DNA of 64,000 bases from Candidatus Poribacteria bacterium. Its GTDB lineage: Bacteria; Poribacteria; WGA-4E; PCPOR2b. Location of the stretch: positions 4,576,001 to 4,640,000 of the forward strand of contig OZ244587.1 of NCBI GenBank assembly GCA_965218095.1, written 5' to 3'. This document shows positions 19,364 through 28,972 of this stretch, piece by piece. Within the stretch, counting starts at the first letter, position 1; each line of letters starts with the position of its first letter. The notes under the pieces were generated by a model. It saw only the letters and a program-made list of their open reading frames with translations. It was not told the origin of the DNA and did no database searches. Both the position numbers and the translations under genes were made by a program.

Positions 19364-19845
19364 GGATACTGCTCTCAGCAACCAGGATGAGGAAGCTATC
19401 GATGAATTGCAGGAAGAACTTCTGGATCTCTTGTATGAGTTGGGGGATTGATTGAAAGGCGAATATAGGGGTGTTGAAATGGGAAGTTGGAAGGAGAGAA
19501 TGTAGGACTGGAAGTAAAGAAAGGGACAGAATCGCACTCGTAGTAGTTTTGGAACAATTTTGATCGATGTGTCGGATTCCATGGTGAAAGAAACGTCAGA
19601 ATCCGCTTTTTTCGCCAATGATTAGCTGAGATACCGACTGGCTTTCCAACCAAGAAACCGGATTTCTTCTCCAGAAACGCGGTCATGAAGCGAGTTTTGA
19701 AGAAGTCGCTCAAGTGGATCGACATTTATGTTCGATTGCTACAAACACTCCAACATCTTCCTTTGCTTCTCTTCTTTCTCGATTTCATTGTGATCCAAAA
19801 CGACTTTTCTGCATCTTACATCCGCGATTTCAAGTCGAAATCGTC

Positions 19846-21261
19846 CTACCGCCGTTCAGTAGCAAGCGTAGCCCCGGGCATGATGTAATGGTGCCCTCTT
19901 GTGACTTCGGTAACACGTTGCTGAAATTTGTCAGAAAATGAACCACTAGGCATTGGCTTGAGACCGCCGATGACATAGACTTGCGCCCTGGGTTGACGAC
20001 AAGCTGCGATTGCATTTTCAGATGTATATCCTTTTTCTTTACGGCGGCTTGTTGATTCATCAGTTACGATAAAGAGGACAAGCTGACGATCATCCGGCGT
20101 TTGGAGTCTGGGTACTCCTTCCACAATTGCATCTAGCAGATGTTCATCGCCACGTTTGGGCGTCCGAAACAGCTTCTTGACTTGATTAGGGTCTAAAGGC
20201 GGTTTTGTTGTCAAAATGAAACTTTCTCCGCCGCCTGCCCTTGCCCAGAATCTGATGACTCCAAACCGATAGTCTAGCCCTTCGCCATCCAGGATTTTGA
20301 CCAGTTTATCGAACCCGGTGCAAATCTCATCCACTTTATTCTCCATGCTCAGGCTTGAGTCAAAGACAAACACAATGTCGGCTGCTGGCTTCACGGTTGC
20401 CGCGATGTGTTGCGCGATGCGCCTGAAAATCCCCTCGATCTTGAGTATGGACCTGTCTATCATAGGGACTTTCATAGAGGCTTGGCTGACTGTCCGCTGA
20501 TTTTTGTCGATGGCGTACCACTTGCCATCTGTTTCATCGGCTAATTGTATCTGTATCTGTTCGCCTATCCCAACGACGTTGATGTGAATTTCGTCCTGTT
20601 TACACCGATCAAGAATCTTCCCAACAACCTGATTTTTCCCGCTGTCCATCTCCCAAGACGTTTTCAGTTCCGAATTTGTCGCGAGGACAATGTGCTTTTC
20701 GGCATCCAATCGCAATTCTGACTCCTCGAGCCCTCGCATAATCGCGTCGAGCCCATATCCAGCAACGACATCCCCAAATTTTATCGGCAAATTGCGAAGG
20801 CTTTTTTCAAGCGGACTTAACCCGCTCTCCAGCGGTTTGACCATGATGCGCGGCGTGCCTTTGATGCTTTGAAACCAGATGAGTGCAAACTGATAGTCGA
20901 TTATTGATTCCTCAAAGACACTTGCCACGTCGGCAAGCCGTCTTTCAATGGAGGCGACTGGTGCCTTCATTTCCTTACTTCCATCAATGACGAGTACGAG
21001 ATCAACCATCTGGTTCGTGCTCTGGCGACTAGCCCGCTGGGCAATCTCCACAAGGCTTTTCCCAATGTCAATCTTTGTTTCATCCTTTTCCTGTTTATCC
21101 TTTGTGCTGATCATCACTCGTCTTTTTCGACGGGGCGGACGCACTTCCGCGGTTGTGATTGTCGCCACGCCATCGAGGCTAATCCAGGCTACCAATATCA
21201 GCAAAGCAATTCGCCATTGCCAAGCGTGCCGCTTAGACGATTTCATCGATTCTCCTTCCAT
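19846..21261 (-). CDS. Secreted tandem VWA-domain protein
   Basis: Signal peptide; DLVLVIDGS and DIVFVFDSSLSM MIDAS-like motifs, IVTDE. Confidence 0.85.
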   Translation of the reverse strand: MEGESMKSSKRHAWQWRIALLILVAWISLDGVATITTAEVRPPRRKRRVMISTKDKQEKDETKIDIGKSLVEIAQRASRQSTNQMVDLVLVIDGSKEMKAPVASIERRLADVASVFEESIIDYQFALIWFQSIKGTPRIMVKPLESGLSPLEKSLRNLPIKFGDVVAGYGLDAIMRGLEESELRLDAEKHIVLATNSELKTSWEMDSGKNQVVGKILDRCKQDEIHINVVGIGEQIQIQLADETDGKWYAIDKNQRTVSQASMKVPMIDRSILKIEGIFRRIAQHIAATVKPAADIVFVFDSSLSMENKVDEICTGFDKLVKILDGEGLDYRFGVIRFWARAGGGESFILTTKPPLDPNQVKKLFRTPKRGDEHLLDAIVEGVPRLQTPDDRQLVLFIVTDESTSRRKEKGYTSENAIAACRQPRAQVYVIGGLKPMPSGSFSDKFQQRVTEVTRGHHYIMPGATLATERR

Positions 21262-21381
21262 GAACGTCGTAATATGTGATTTGTAAAGCGCGAAGATGGC
21301 TCATTTCCTGACTTTTCCATCTCTATGTCTGGTATTTTAGTCCCTCACAGTCTGTTTGTCAACTCCTTTTCCTTTTTGCCC

Positions 21382-21410
21382 TTGCGTCACTTTCGCGTTT
21401 GTGCTATAAT
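21382..21410 (+). promoter_or_regulatory. sigma70 promoter of smpB
   Basis: TTGCGT-N17-TATAAT with extended TG. Confidence 0.65.
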
Positions 21411-21419
21411 TCACCTGTT

Positions 21420-21884
21420 ATGAAAGATGCCAAGTCTGCCGCAGCTATCAAAACCGTTGCTATGAACAAGAAAGCGCGGCACGACTATCACCTGCTAGAT
21501 CGTTACGAAGCTGGGATTGCCCTTCAGGGGACAGAAGTCAAGGCGATTCGTGCTGGCAGGCTGAATCTGACAGATAGTTATGCGCGAGTCGAGGACAGCG
21601 AAGTTTTTCTGATCGATGCCCATATCGGTCCTTACGAGCAAGGAAATCGCGAGAATCATGAACCAAAGCGGAAACGGAAGTTGCTGCTGAACCGCAGAGA
21701 GATTAAGAAAATTGACGCGAAAACCGGTTCGGCTGGCATGACGATTGTCCCAACAAAGGCTTATTTCAGTAGCGGGGTGGTAAAAGTCGAGATAGCGTTG
21801 GCGCGTGGCAAGCACGCTTATGATAAACGCGAAGATCTCAGGCAAGATGCCGATCAACGCGCTATTCAATCATATCTGGGGTAG
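21420..21884 (+). CDS. smpB: SsrA-binding protein
   Basis: NKKARHDY, EAGIALQGTEVK, RKLLL, GKHAYDKRE. Confidence 0.97.
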   Translation: MKDAKSAAAIKTVAMNKKARHDYHLLDRYEAGIALQGTEVKAIRAGRLNLTDSYARVEDSEVFLIDAHIGPYEQGNRENHEPKRKRKLLLNRREIKKIDAKTGSAGMTIVPTKAYFSSGVVKVEIALARGKHAYDKREDLRQDADQRAIQSYLG

Positions 21885-22025
21885 CAGCGGCGATCAAGTC
21901 ATTGGCGCTTATACCAATTGAAACTTGGAATTGCGATTGAACAGCATTCCAAGAATTCAAGGGTTCAGGTGCTCAAGCGTTCAAAAGTTCAGCGCCCTAT
22001 GAACTCATGAATTGATAATCAACAT

Positions 22026-22380
22026 GGGGGTGCAAAGGTTTCGACGGGAGTGGATGATATAAAGGTTGCATGCCGAGGTCTCCGCAGGCCTCGTTAAACA
22101 GGCGGAAAAAATTTAATTGCCGATGAAGAATTGGCTCTAGCTGCTTAATAAAGCAGTTCGTCTCGCTAATTTGCGGTCCCGTCGAGTTAGCGAGACGTCA
22201 TAAAACGGGCTTTGCGCCTTGCTTGGTCTCAAGGGGCAAGCTGTGAGACTCAACTTGAGATAGTCCGCAGCGAATCCGGCATAAGGGAGTCTTGTGGACG
22301 AAACGCTAAAACTTATGCTATGCATGTAGTAGCCTTTATTGAACTGCTCTCGGACGCGGGTTCGATTCCCGCCACCTCCA
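22026..22380 (+). ncRNA. ssrA: tmRNA; tag peptide (A)ADEELALAA resuming at 22119
   Basis: GGGGGTG..TTCGAC 5' end, GGACGCGGGTTCGATTCCCGCCACCTCCA 3' end, tag ORF ending LAA TAA TAA. Confidence 0.97.
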
Positions 22381-22422
22381 TTATATTTTTTTACAACTGA
22401 GCCATAAACGTTTCTCACCTAA

Positions 22423-22550
22423 GAGCCTATTTAATAATTCAGATTAACCCAGTGTTTACGGGCATTGACGAAAAATTCATCATTTCGGACACCAACGCTG
22501 TCCTAATCAAAGTTGGTTTGATGTTTGCTCCAGATTTTTTAGATAGGCTC
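22423..22550. mobile_element. 128-bp MITE with IS5/IS1031-like ends
   Basis: IRs GAGCCTATTTAATAATTC / GATTTTTTAGATAGGCTC; TAA duplicated on both sides. Confidence 0.7.
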
Positions 22551-22688
22551 TAAGCCTCTTAATATCTGCACACCGCATACGTTTCCTGTTGCGTAACCTT
22601 CCGCAAATGGCAATATCCTTGTAACCCGACACATATCTATTGGTTTAGGATCTTGATACCCAACAACGCTACGAGGATGAACTGAATC

Positions 22689-23387
22689 ATGCAAACGCTA
22701 AACCGAGCCAAACTCATCGTTAGATCGCATGTGAACGATCTCCTGGTAAAGGCTGAAGATACACGCAAAACGCGCAGCCTGATGGTGGAAGAGATGCATC
22801 AGAACATCCGCAATGTTAAGTCTTTGATTGCAGGCGCGATTACCGATCTCAAGCTAATCGTACGGGAGATTGACATACATGAGGGTGAAGCGAAAAGGTG
22901 GGAAGAGAAAGCAGTTTTCGCCTTGAAAAAAGGGGAAGAAGACTTGGCACGCCGCGCACTCACTCGAAAATGTGAGCATATTAAGAAGGCGGACCAATAT
23001 CGGGAGCAGATAGCGACACAGCAGGAAACCATTAACTCCCTCAAGTCTAGTCTGGAAACGCTGGAAGCCAAGCTGGATACCATCCGTTATCAGACTGCAA
23101 AATTAGCTGTGGCGGAAAGTCTGGAATCCTCCCGACCGGTTGTCACCTCAACGCCACCTGCTGATACGGTGATTGACACAAGTGCATTCGATGCCTATGA
23201 TCGACTGGTTGATCGCGTCCGAGATCTCGAAGCGCATGCAGAAGCGTTAGCCGAGTTGACACAAGGCGATGACCTTGAGCAGAAATTTCACGACCTGGAG
23301 AGCAAAGAAAAGGTTGAGGAAGATCTTGCGGCATTGAAAGCAAAAGTCGATGCTAAGAATCGAGAAGGCTCGTCCGCAATGGAGTAA
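22689..23387 (+). CDS. PspA/IM30 (ESCRT-III-like) protein, divergent paralog
   Basis: WEEKAVFALKKGEEDLARRAL; AFDAYDRL..EAHAEA; LAALKAK. Confidence 0.9.
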   Translation: MQTLNRAKLIVRSHVNDLLVKAEDTRKTRSLMVEEMHQNIRNVKSLIAGAITDLKLIVREIDIHEGEAKRWEEKAVFALKKGEEDLARRALTRKCEHIKKADQYREQIATQQETINSLKSSLETLEAKLDTIRYQTAKLAVAESLESSRPVVTSTPPADTVIDTSAFDAYDRLVDRVRDLEAHAEALAELTQGDDLEQKFHDLESKEKVEEDLAALKAKVDAKNREGSSAME

Positions 23388-23392
23388 CGAAG

Positions 23393-23761
23393 GTGGCTGA
23401 GTTTCATCATTTGCCATCTCGAATTCAAGAAACAGCCCAGGCCCAACTGACTATGAATGAGCAGGTCAGATTGTGTATGCTTGGGCGATCTAATCTGCTC
23501 AATCCCGATTTTATCATTATCACTTCTGACCGGGTATTGGTGCTGGAGGAGCGTCAGATGGGTAGCCTCAGTGCTTCCTACATCAATATTCGGTGCAACC
23601 TCCCGTTTTCCCAGATTACGGCGGTCAAACTTGACCGAAGCTTCAAACACCACATCTTTGGGCAAGCTGACCTCGAAATCAGAGTAAATGGTGATAAGTA
23701 TCTGATAAACAACATCAGCCATCGCGAAGCCGAACACGCGCTAGCGTTGATTCCCTCATAA
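23393..23761 (+). CDS. Bacterial PH-domain-like protein
   Basis: IIITSDRVLV..LPFSQITAV..FGQADLEI pattern. Confidence 0.6.
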   Translation: MAEFHHLPSRIQETAQAQLTMNEQVRLCMLGRSNLLNPDFIIITSDRVLVLEERQMGSLSASYINIRCNLPFSQITAVKLDRSFKHHIFGQADLEIRVNGDKYLINNISHREAEHALALIPS

Positions 23762-23877
23762 ATCACACCGAAGCGGGAAAGGGGTAACAGGGCTGCGAAG
23801 GGAAATGCGTAAAGCACAACCTCATTAACTCATTCTTCCTGCGCAATACGCATCACTTGCACAGTTGGGGTGTCGAT

Positions 23878-24576
23878 ATGTCAGACCTCCTCATTGAATT
23901 GAGCCGCTGGTATAATCTATTATTCGTCCTGCCCATCCTCATCATATTCGTTTACCAAGTTTTACACATGTTGGCGGGTCTGAATATCGGTGGTCTGGAC
24001 TTGGCGTTTGGCGACCTCGGAGCGATTATCGCGAATCAATTATCTAGTTCCAAACCCGCCTCTCCACTGAACCGATTCTTCGCTTTCCTGAATGCGGGAC
24101 GAATTCCCTCTCTCATAGTTATTGTTACTTTTCTGTTCTTCTGGGGAATCGTGGGTTTTGCCTGTAACCACTGGTTCATTCCGTTGTTTGGAAATTTTGT
24201 TCTCCCTGCCGTTGTCATCTCATCTCTTACCGCTTTTACACTCAGCAGCCTGATAACCCACCTCGTTTCGCAAGCGATCGACCTCATCTTTCCCACCCCC
24301 CACGCCGACGAATTGCGTCGTGCAGATCTTGTCGGCATGGTTGCGAAAGTCACCAGCCGTGAGGTAAATACCGCCTTCGGAATCACACGAACCGAAGATT
24401 TCCCTGTCCGTACGACGATATACTGCCAGGTTGACCCGGAAGAGGAAAGTGTGAAGCAGGGCGAAAAGGTGGTGCTTTGGGATTATGACCCGCAAACACA
24501 TTTCTATAAAGTGCAACGGCTTGACGGAGAGGGAGGTAGATATAGACTTTCTACATTACATCCTTGTCTGGTATAA
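23878..24576 (+). CDS. YqiJ/NfeD-like membrane protein with C-terminal OB fold
   Basis: WYNLLF, GRIP, several TM helices, DLVGMVAKV..FG..GEKVVLWDYD. Confidence 0.7.
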   Translation: MSDLLIELSRWYNLLFVLPILIIFVYQVLHMLAGLNIGGLDLAFGDLGAIIANQLSSSKPASPLNRFFAFLNAGRIPSLIVIVTFLFFWGIVGFACNHWFIPLFGNFVLPAVVISSLTAFTLSSLITHLVSQAIDLIFPTPHADELRRADLVGMVAKVTSREVNTAFGITRTEDFPVRTTIYCQVDPEEESVKQGEKVVLWDYDPQTHFYKVQRLDGEGGRYRLSTLHPCLV

Positions 24577-24751
24577 CGTCTGGTTTACAGCGCCGATCGC
24601 TTTCGTCTTTCTTTTTGCCATTTTTCAACTCGTCATGGGCGGCGTGGATTTTGGGGGCGGGGATGCCGACGTCGATGTGGACGTTGACGCCGATGCGGAT
24701 GCGGACGCTGATACCCACAACGACTCAGGGGTGCAGCAGTGCCGGCACTAA
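24542..24751 (+). pseudogene. Truncated second YqiJ-like gene
   Basis: RBS GGAGGT then ATA (lost ATG); WYNVWF..GGGDADVDVDVDADADAD acidic linker; sequence then becomes unrelated. Confidence 0.65.
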
Positions 24752-25092
24752 AGGAGATTTTGAATTTTACGGATGTTGACCCCTAGAAACTCGCCAAGAC
24801 TGTGAGTGAGTATGTTCCTGACTTGAATTTTGCCGCCAAAAGTGAAGCCCAAGAATCAACTGACTCGAATGTATCAGAAACCTGAAAGTGCAATTTGGGT
24901 TTATCGATGGCAAGACGATTGGCAACATTCTTGTAGCATTGCATCGTGTCATCGGATCCCCAATTGAAATTTCAAATTCGCTCGAAGTTACCGAGCAGAT
25001 TCCCTTCACCCCAAAGGGAAATTAGCAAATAAGGAGTCTTAAAGATGAAAGATTCAAAAGCTAATGAACTCCTCCAGATCAGAGGAGAAAAT

Positions 25093-25581
25093 ATGATCGA
25101 AGTTGATGTTGCATTCATCTCTATCGAAGCGAGTAGCGGCACCCCAATTCTCTTTCTGAGAGAAAAGAAAGGGGATCCAAAATCTATGTTACCAATATGG
25201 ATTGGACAAGGAGAAGCTTTTGCAATTCAGTTCCAGCTCAAAGGCGAATCGCCACCTCGTCCAATGACCCATGATCTCATGAAAAACATCATCGAAAGCC
25301 TTGATGCGAAAGTTGATGGAGTCTATGTGCATACCATGAAAGATTCAACTTATTTCGGGCAAATTGATCTGAAAATCAATAGCAAAACGCTGGAGATTGA
25401 TGCTCGCCCCAGTGATGCGATTGCCCTTGCATTGAGGTTTGGAGCGCCCATCTATGTGGCAGAGCAGATTGTTCAAGAAATTGGTTTTCCTGAAACAGAG
25501 TTGAAAGAAGCTGAAAAGCAACAGTCAAGAGAAGAGTTAGAGAATTTAGATGAGGAGACGTTAGGAAGGTATACTGTATAA
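25093..25581 (+). CDS. Bifunctional nuclease family protein (DUF151)
   Basis: LPIWIG..EA.AI, PPRPMTHDL, DARPSDAIALALR. Confidence 0.93.
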   Translation: MIEVDVAFISIEASSGTPILFLREKKGDPKSMLPIWIGQGEAFAIQFQLKGESPPRPMTHDLMKNIIESLDAKVDGVYVHTMKDSTYFGQIDLKINSKTLEIDARPSDAIALALRFGAPIYVAEQIVQEIGFPETELKEAEKQQSREELENLDEETLGRYTV

Positions 25582-25610
25582 ATCGTTGCGGATGATAAGG
25601 GAGTGCACCA

Positions 25611-26276
25611 ATGCCAATCTTTGAGAAAGTCAAGCGAATACTCAAATCGAACATTAACGACCTGCTCGATCGGGGTGAAGATCCGGAGAAAATCTTGAAT
25701 CAACTTCTGGAGGATATGCAGCACGAACTCAAAGAGGTAAAGATTCAGGTTGCTGCGGCGATCCGGGATGGGAACAAATTTGAAGCGCAGCACAAGGAAA
25801 ACCTGGAAAGCGCGGAGAAATGGGAGAGGCGTGCCATCGTGTTTATCCAGAACAGCGATGATGTTCGCGCAAAAGAAGCCCTTCGCCGGAAGCAATCTTT
25901 CACCGATTTAGCAGAGAGTTTTCGTAAACAGTTCGAGGCGCAGAAAGAGAGTGTTTCTGTACTCAAAGATGGGCTGGCAACCCTGGAAGCAAAAATTGAA
26001 GAGGCAAAGAACAAACGTACCTTGCTGATGGCTCGTCAGAAACGGGCGGAGGCAGAGCGAACAATTCATCAAACAATGTCGGGCATTGCGGATTCCAATG
26101 CGTTAAGTGTTTTTGATCGCATCGAAGACCGTGTCCTTGATGCGGAGGCGAATGCCGAAGCCCTCAGCGAAATGCGTCAACTCAGTTTGGACAATGAGTT
26201 GGACAAACTGAATCGCAGCGACGAAATCGATGATGAACTTACCGAACTCAAAGCCCGGTTAAAAAACCAGGGCTGA
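25611..26276 (+). CDS. pspA: PspA/IM30 family protein
   Basis: MPIFEKVKRILKSNINDLLDRGEDPEK, FDRIEDRV, ELTELKAR. Confidence 0.92.
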   Translation: MPIFEKVKRILKSNINDLLDRGEDPEKILNQLLEDMQHELKEVKIQVAAAIRDGNKFEAQHKENLESAEKWERRAIVFIQNSDDVRAKEALRRKQSFTDLAESFRKQFEAQKESVSVLKDGLATLEAKIEEAKNKRTLLMARQKRAEAERTIHQTMSGIADSNALSVFDRIEDRVLDAEANAEALSEMRQLSLDNELDKLNRSDEIDDELTELKARLKNQG

Positions 26277-26314
26277 GAATTTTGTGAAACCTGAATTCAA
26301 AAGGAGTCAATCTA

Positions 26315-26488
26315 ATGGGATTACTTAGAAATCTCGTCATCTTAGCATTGATACTCGGGCTGATTCTGTTCGCGTTAAAAATTGTCCTGCCGATTATCGG
26401 CTGGGTATTTCAGCTTGCTATCACTCTTATCCTGCTGGGGGTGATCGGTCTTGCAATCATCTATCTTTACCGGAAACTTCGAGCGTAA
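26315..26488 (+). CDS. Small two-TM membrane protein (57 aa; not in ORF track)
   Basis: RBS AAGGAG; MGLLRNLVILALILGLILFALKIVLPIIGWVFQLAITLILLGVIGLAIIYLYRKLRA. Confidence 0.75.
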   Translation: MGLLRNLVILALILGLILFALKIVLPIIGWVFQLAITLILLGVIGLAIIYLYRKLRA

Positions 26489-27075
26489 CGTTTATCGCTA
26501 TGACTTCTGCTCCCTCTGCTTCAAACGCTTTGTAATCTTTCTGCAACTCGCCAAGCTATTCCATGCAAGGCGGTCACCAACTGCCTCGGTAAAAAACCAG
26601 CACAATCTTCTTTTTCCGGACATAGTCGGCGAAGGAGTGAATCTTCCCATTCGCATCTGGCAGGCTGAAATCTGGGGCTTTTGTACCGACTCTCAAGCCA
26701 TCATCGATGGGGAGTTAATCCGGATCAATGAACGCAAGTTCGACCTCAACCTTTGCCATTTCACCAACTGGAATGAGGTTGATGGGAATTTCCTGCCTTT
26801 TGTATCTCTCGACATTGATGATGACGGTGAATTGTTGATTTGAGGGAACGGTTTCAAATTCAAAGACTCCTGTTTCCCTTGTAACGACTTCACGGACACT
26901 GCCGCCCCTGAATATAGGGAAGCGGAAGTTCTAATGCCTTTGATGTGTCTTGCGGCTCGGTTGGCGTGCCTTATTTGACGACAGGCTCATCGCTGCTGCC
27001 ACACCCGCCCCAAACAAGCATCGAAACTCCCAAGAGCGCCAATACCAAAGTTTTATAAATAGGTCTATTCCTCAT
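26457..27075 (-). pseudogene. AhpC/TSA (Prx-like) redoxin lipoprotein pseudogene with UxxC motif
   Basis: Lipobox-like WGGC; VGTKAPDFSLPD..VLVFYRGSW(TGA)PPC; further TAA/TAG stops and a frameshift. Confidence 0.8.
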
Positions 27076-27454
27076 AGCTATTTCTTCAACTCACTTTCAT
27101 ACTATACTTTCTAACTTTAATGAGTTCTGTACTAAAATGTCTAAAGTTGGGTAGGGGCTAGATAAATCCACTATTTTCATTTCTCAAATTCTGCTTGGCA
27201 AGCGGACTTGAAGAAAATCGAATCGACCTCGAAGGGAGCGTTTTTAACTTTAGCACACTCTAGCAAACGTTAGGATACTTTAGCGCACTTGGTAGCTGAG
27301 AGAGATGAATTTCCGTTCTGTTAAAAACAGACGCGAAAAAGTGCGAAAGTATAGTTTCATAGATTGCTTTCTCTGCCTGTGCACCGTTGAACACTTTCAC
27401 GACCCTTCGGTGGCGAAGGCTACGGATTCATAGCTACTTACTATTCATCACGTT

Positions 27455-28909
27455 TCATTGATTTGTATTTGTGATGGCTTCCAGATACGCCTTAATCTGG
27501 TGCCGATACCGCACAGGAATCCGATCTCTTTCCATCGCCTCCGCGTAAGCCTGTTTTGCACTGAGGTAGACTTCGCGGTATTGCATATAAGCGGGTTCGT
27601 CTTCACTGCTTGGAGGCTCTTGCATGGCGACCGAGGAGAAATCCTGCGAAGCCGATGCTGCACTCGTCAGCCGTAGCTCTTCTGCAGGTTGAGCCTCCAA
27701 ACCACCTGATCCATTTTCAACCTGTGTGCCTTGCGCCTCTCCTGTCTCAGATTCCTCACCCGGGCCGCCTCCACCACTTGCTACGCCCCCCGTTTTACGC
27801 GCCATTTCAATACCTGCCAATCCGATATTTTTTCGACTTGACTTAATCTCCTCCAAAATCTTTTCCATTTGAGCAATGTCTTTCGCCTGCTGATCGATTT
27901 CTAGCAATGAACGCGCAATTTTCTCCAGCATCTCAGGGCTGACTCTCTGTGTTTCAATCTCTTTCAATCGATCGGCGAGGCTGTTGGCGGCGGTGTTGCC
28001 TGCAAGCTGTTCAGCGAGCTGTCTGAGCATGGCCTCCAATTTCGCCCGTTGCTCCGCAGTGAGTCCACCCATCTGGCCAGCGATTTTCTCAAGCTCTGAA
28101 GCGGTCTCACGTACATCCGTTCCACTGAGAAGTTTGGATGCTTCGCCGAGTTTGGAAATGGCTTCGACTGCCTGATCAATTTCATTCTCTGTAACCTGGC
28201 TTTCTTGCGCTTGAACCGCATCACGTAGCTTGCTGAGTTGCTTTTGCGCGGCTTGCACGTCAATGCGTTTATTCCTTAACCCTTTGACGGTATCCTGAAC
28301 CCGCTTGGCAAGTGCAGCGTCGTTGATACCGCTGATCTCCCGTTCAAGCCTTGCCGCGGCTTCATCAATGGCGGCTTGCTCGGCTGCCGTTGGCGGGGGA
28401 GGAATCTCATACATGTGTGGGATGAAAAAGGAAAGTCCAATGAGCAACATGGGTATGGGGAGCCATTTGAGGGTGGATGGAAGCCTGTGGGATACAGCAG
28501 TGGAAGGGATAATCCCTTGGGCAACCTTTGCAGCGTCACGAATTTGCAAAATGGCGAAATCGTCCACCAATCCCCGTTGAATCGTCTCAAGAGCAGTGCT
28601 GAGGCGTTCCTTCAGAGTTAGGCGTTGGTCTACGAGGCGTGCGACATCGAGTTGATCAGTTTTCCGCAGCAAGCTCAAACCGACTGCTATGGTGATTGCA
28701 ATAACAAGCGACAGGGAAGTCACAAAACCGATCGGTATCGGCAAAGGGAAAAATCGGTTGACTATGAGCAGCACCCCAGTAATGAGGAGTCCCCAGAAGC
28801 CGCAGCTAGCCAGATTCTGGAAGATACCATCGATTTGCATTCGGTGTTGGATGGCGGATAGCCGGCTCTGGATAATTTGTTCAGGTTGATTTTGCATTGC
28901 GTTTCGCAT
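27455..28909 (-). CDS. Membrane-anchored coiled-coil hypothetical protein
   Basis: TM helices, LKERLSTALE, C-terminal IPVRYRHQIKAY. Confidence 0.75.
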   Translation of the reverse strand: MRNAMQNQPEQIIQSRLSAIQHRMQIDGIFQNLASCGFWGLLITGVLLIVNRFFPLPIPIGFVTSLSLVIAITIAVGLSLLRKTDQLDVARLVDQRLTLKERLSTALETIQRGLVDDFAILQIRDAAKVAQGIIPSTAVSHRLPSTLKWLPIPMLLIGLSFFIPHMYEIPPPPTAAEQAAIDEAAARLEREISGINDAALAKRVQDTVKGLRNKRIDVQAAQKQLSKLRDAVQAQESQVTENEIDQAVEAISKLGEASKLLSGTDVRETASELEKIAGQMGGLTAEQRAKLEAMLRQLAEQLAGNTAANSLADRLKEIETQRVSPEMLEKIARSLLEIDQQAKDIAQMEKILEEIKSSRKNIGLAGIEMARKTGGVASGGGGPGEESETGEAQGTQVENGSGGLEAQPAEELRLTSAASASQDFSSVAMQEPPSSEDEPAYMQYREVYLSAKQAYAEAMERDRIPVRYRHQIKAYLEAITNTNQ

Positions 28910-28972
28910 CGTTCTCTCCTTACCACCAAACTTCAGAAATCCGGGTTAAATACAGGTGCCTGACCTACCTAA

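Noticed and set aside
19364-19815. Short overlapping ORFs next to the IS3 end
   Set aside because: Fragments with multiple stops; no family assignable by eye
22381-22700. Integrative element at the tmRNA 3' end
   Set aside because: No integrase and no duplicated ssrA 3' end seen downstream
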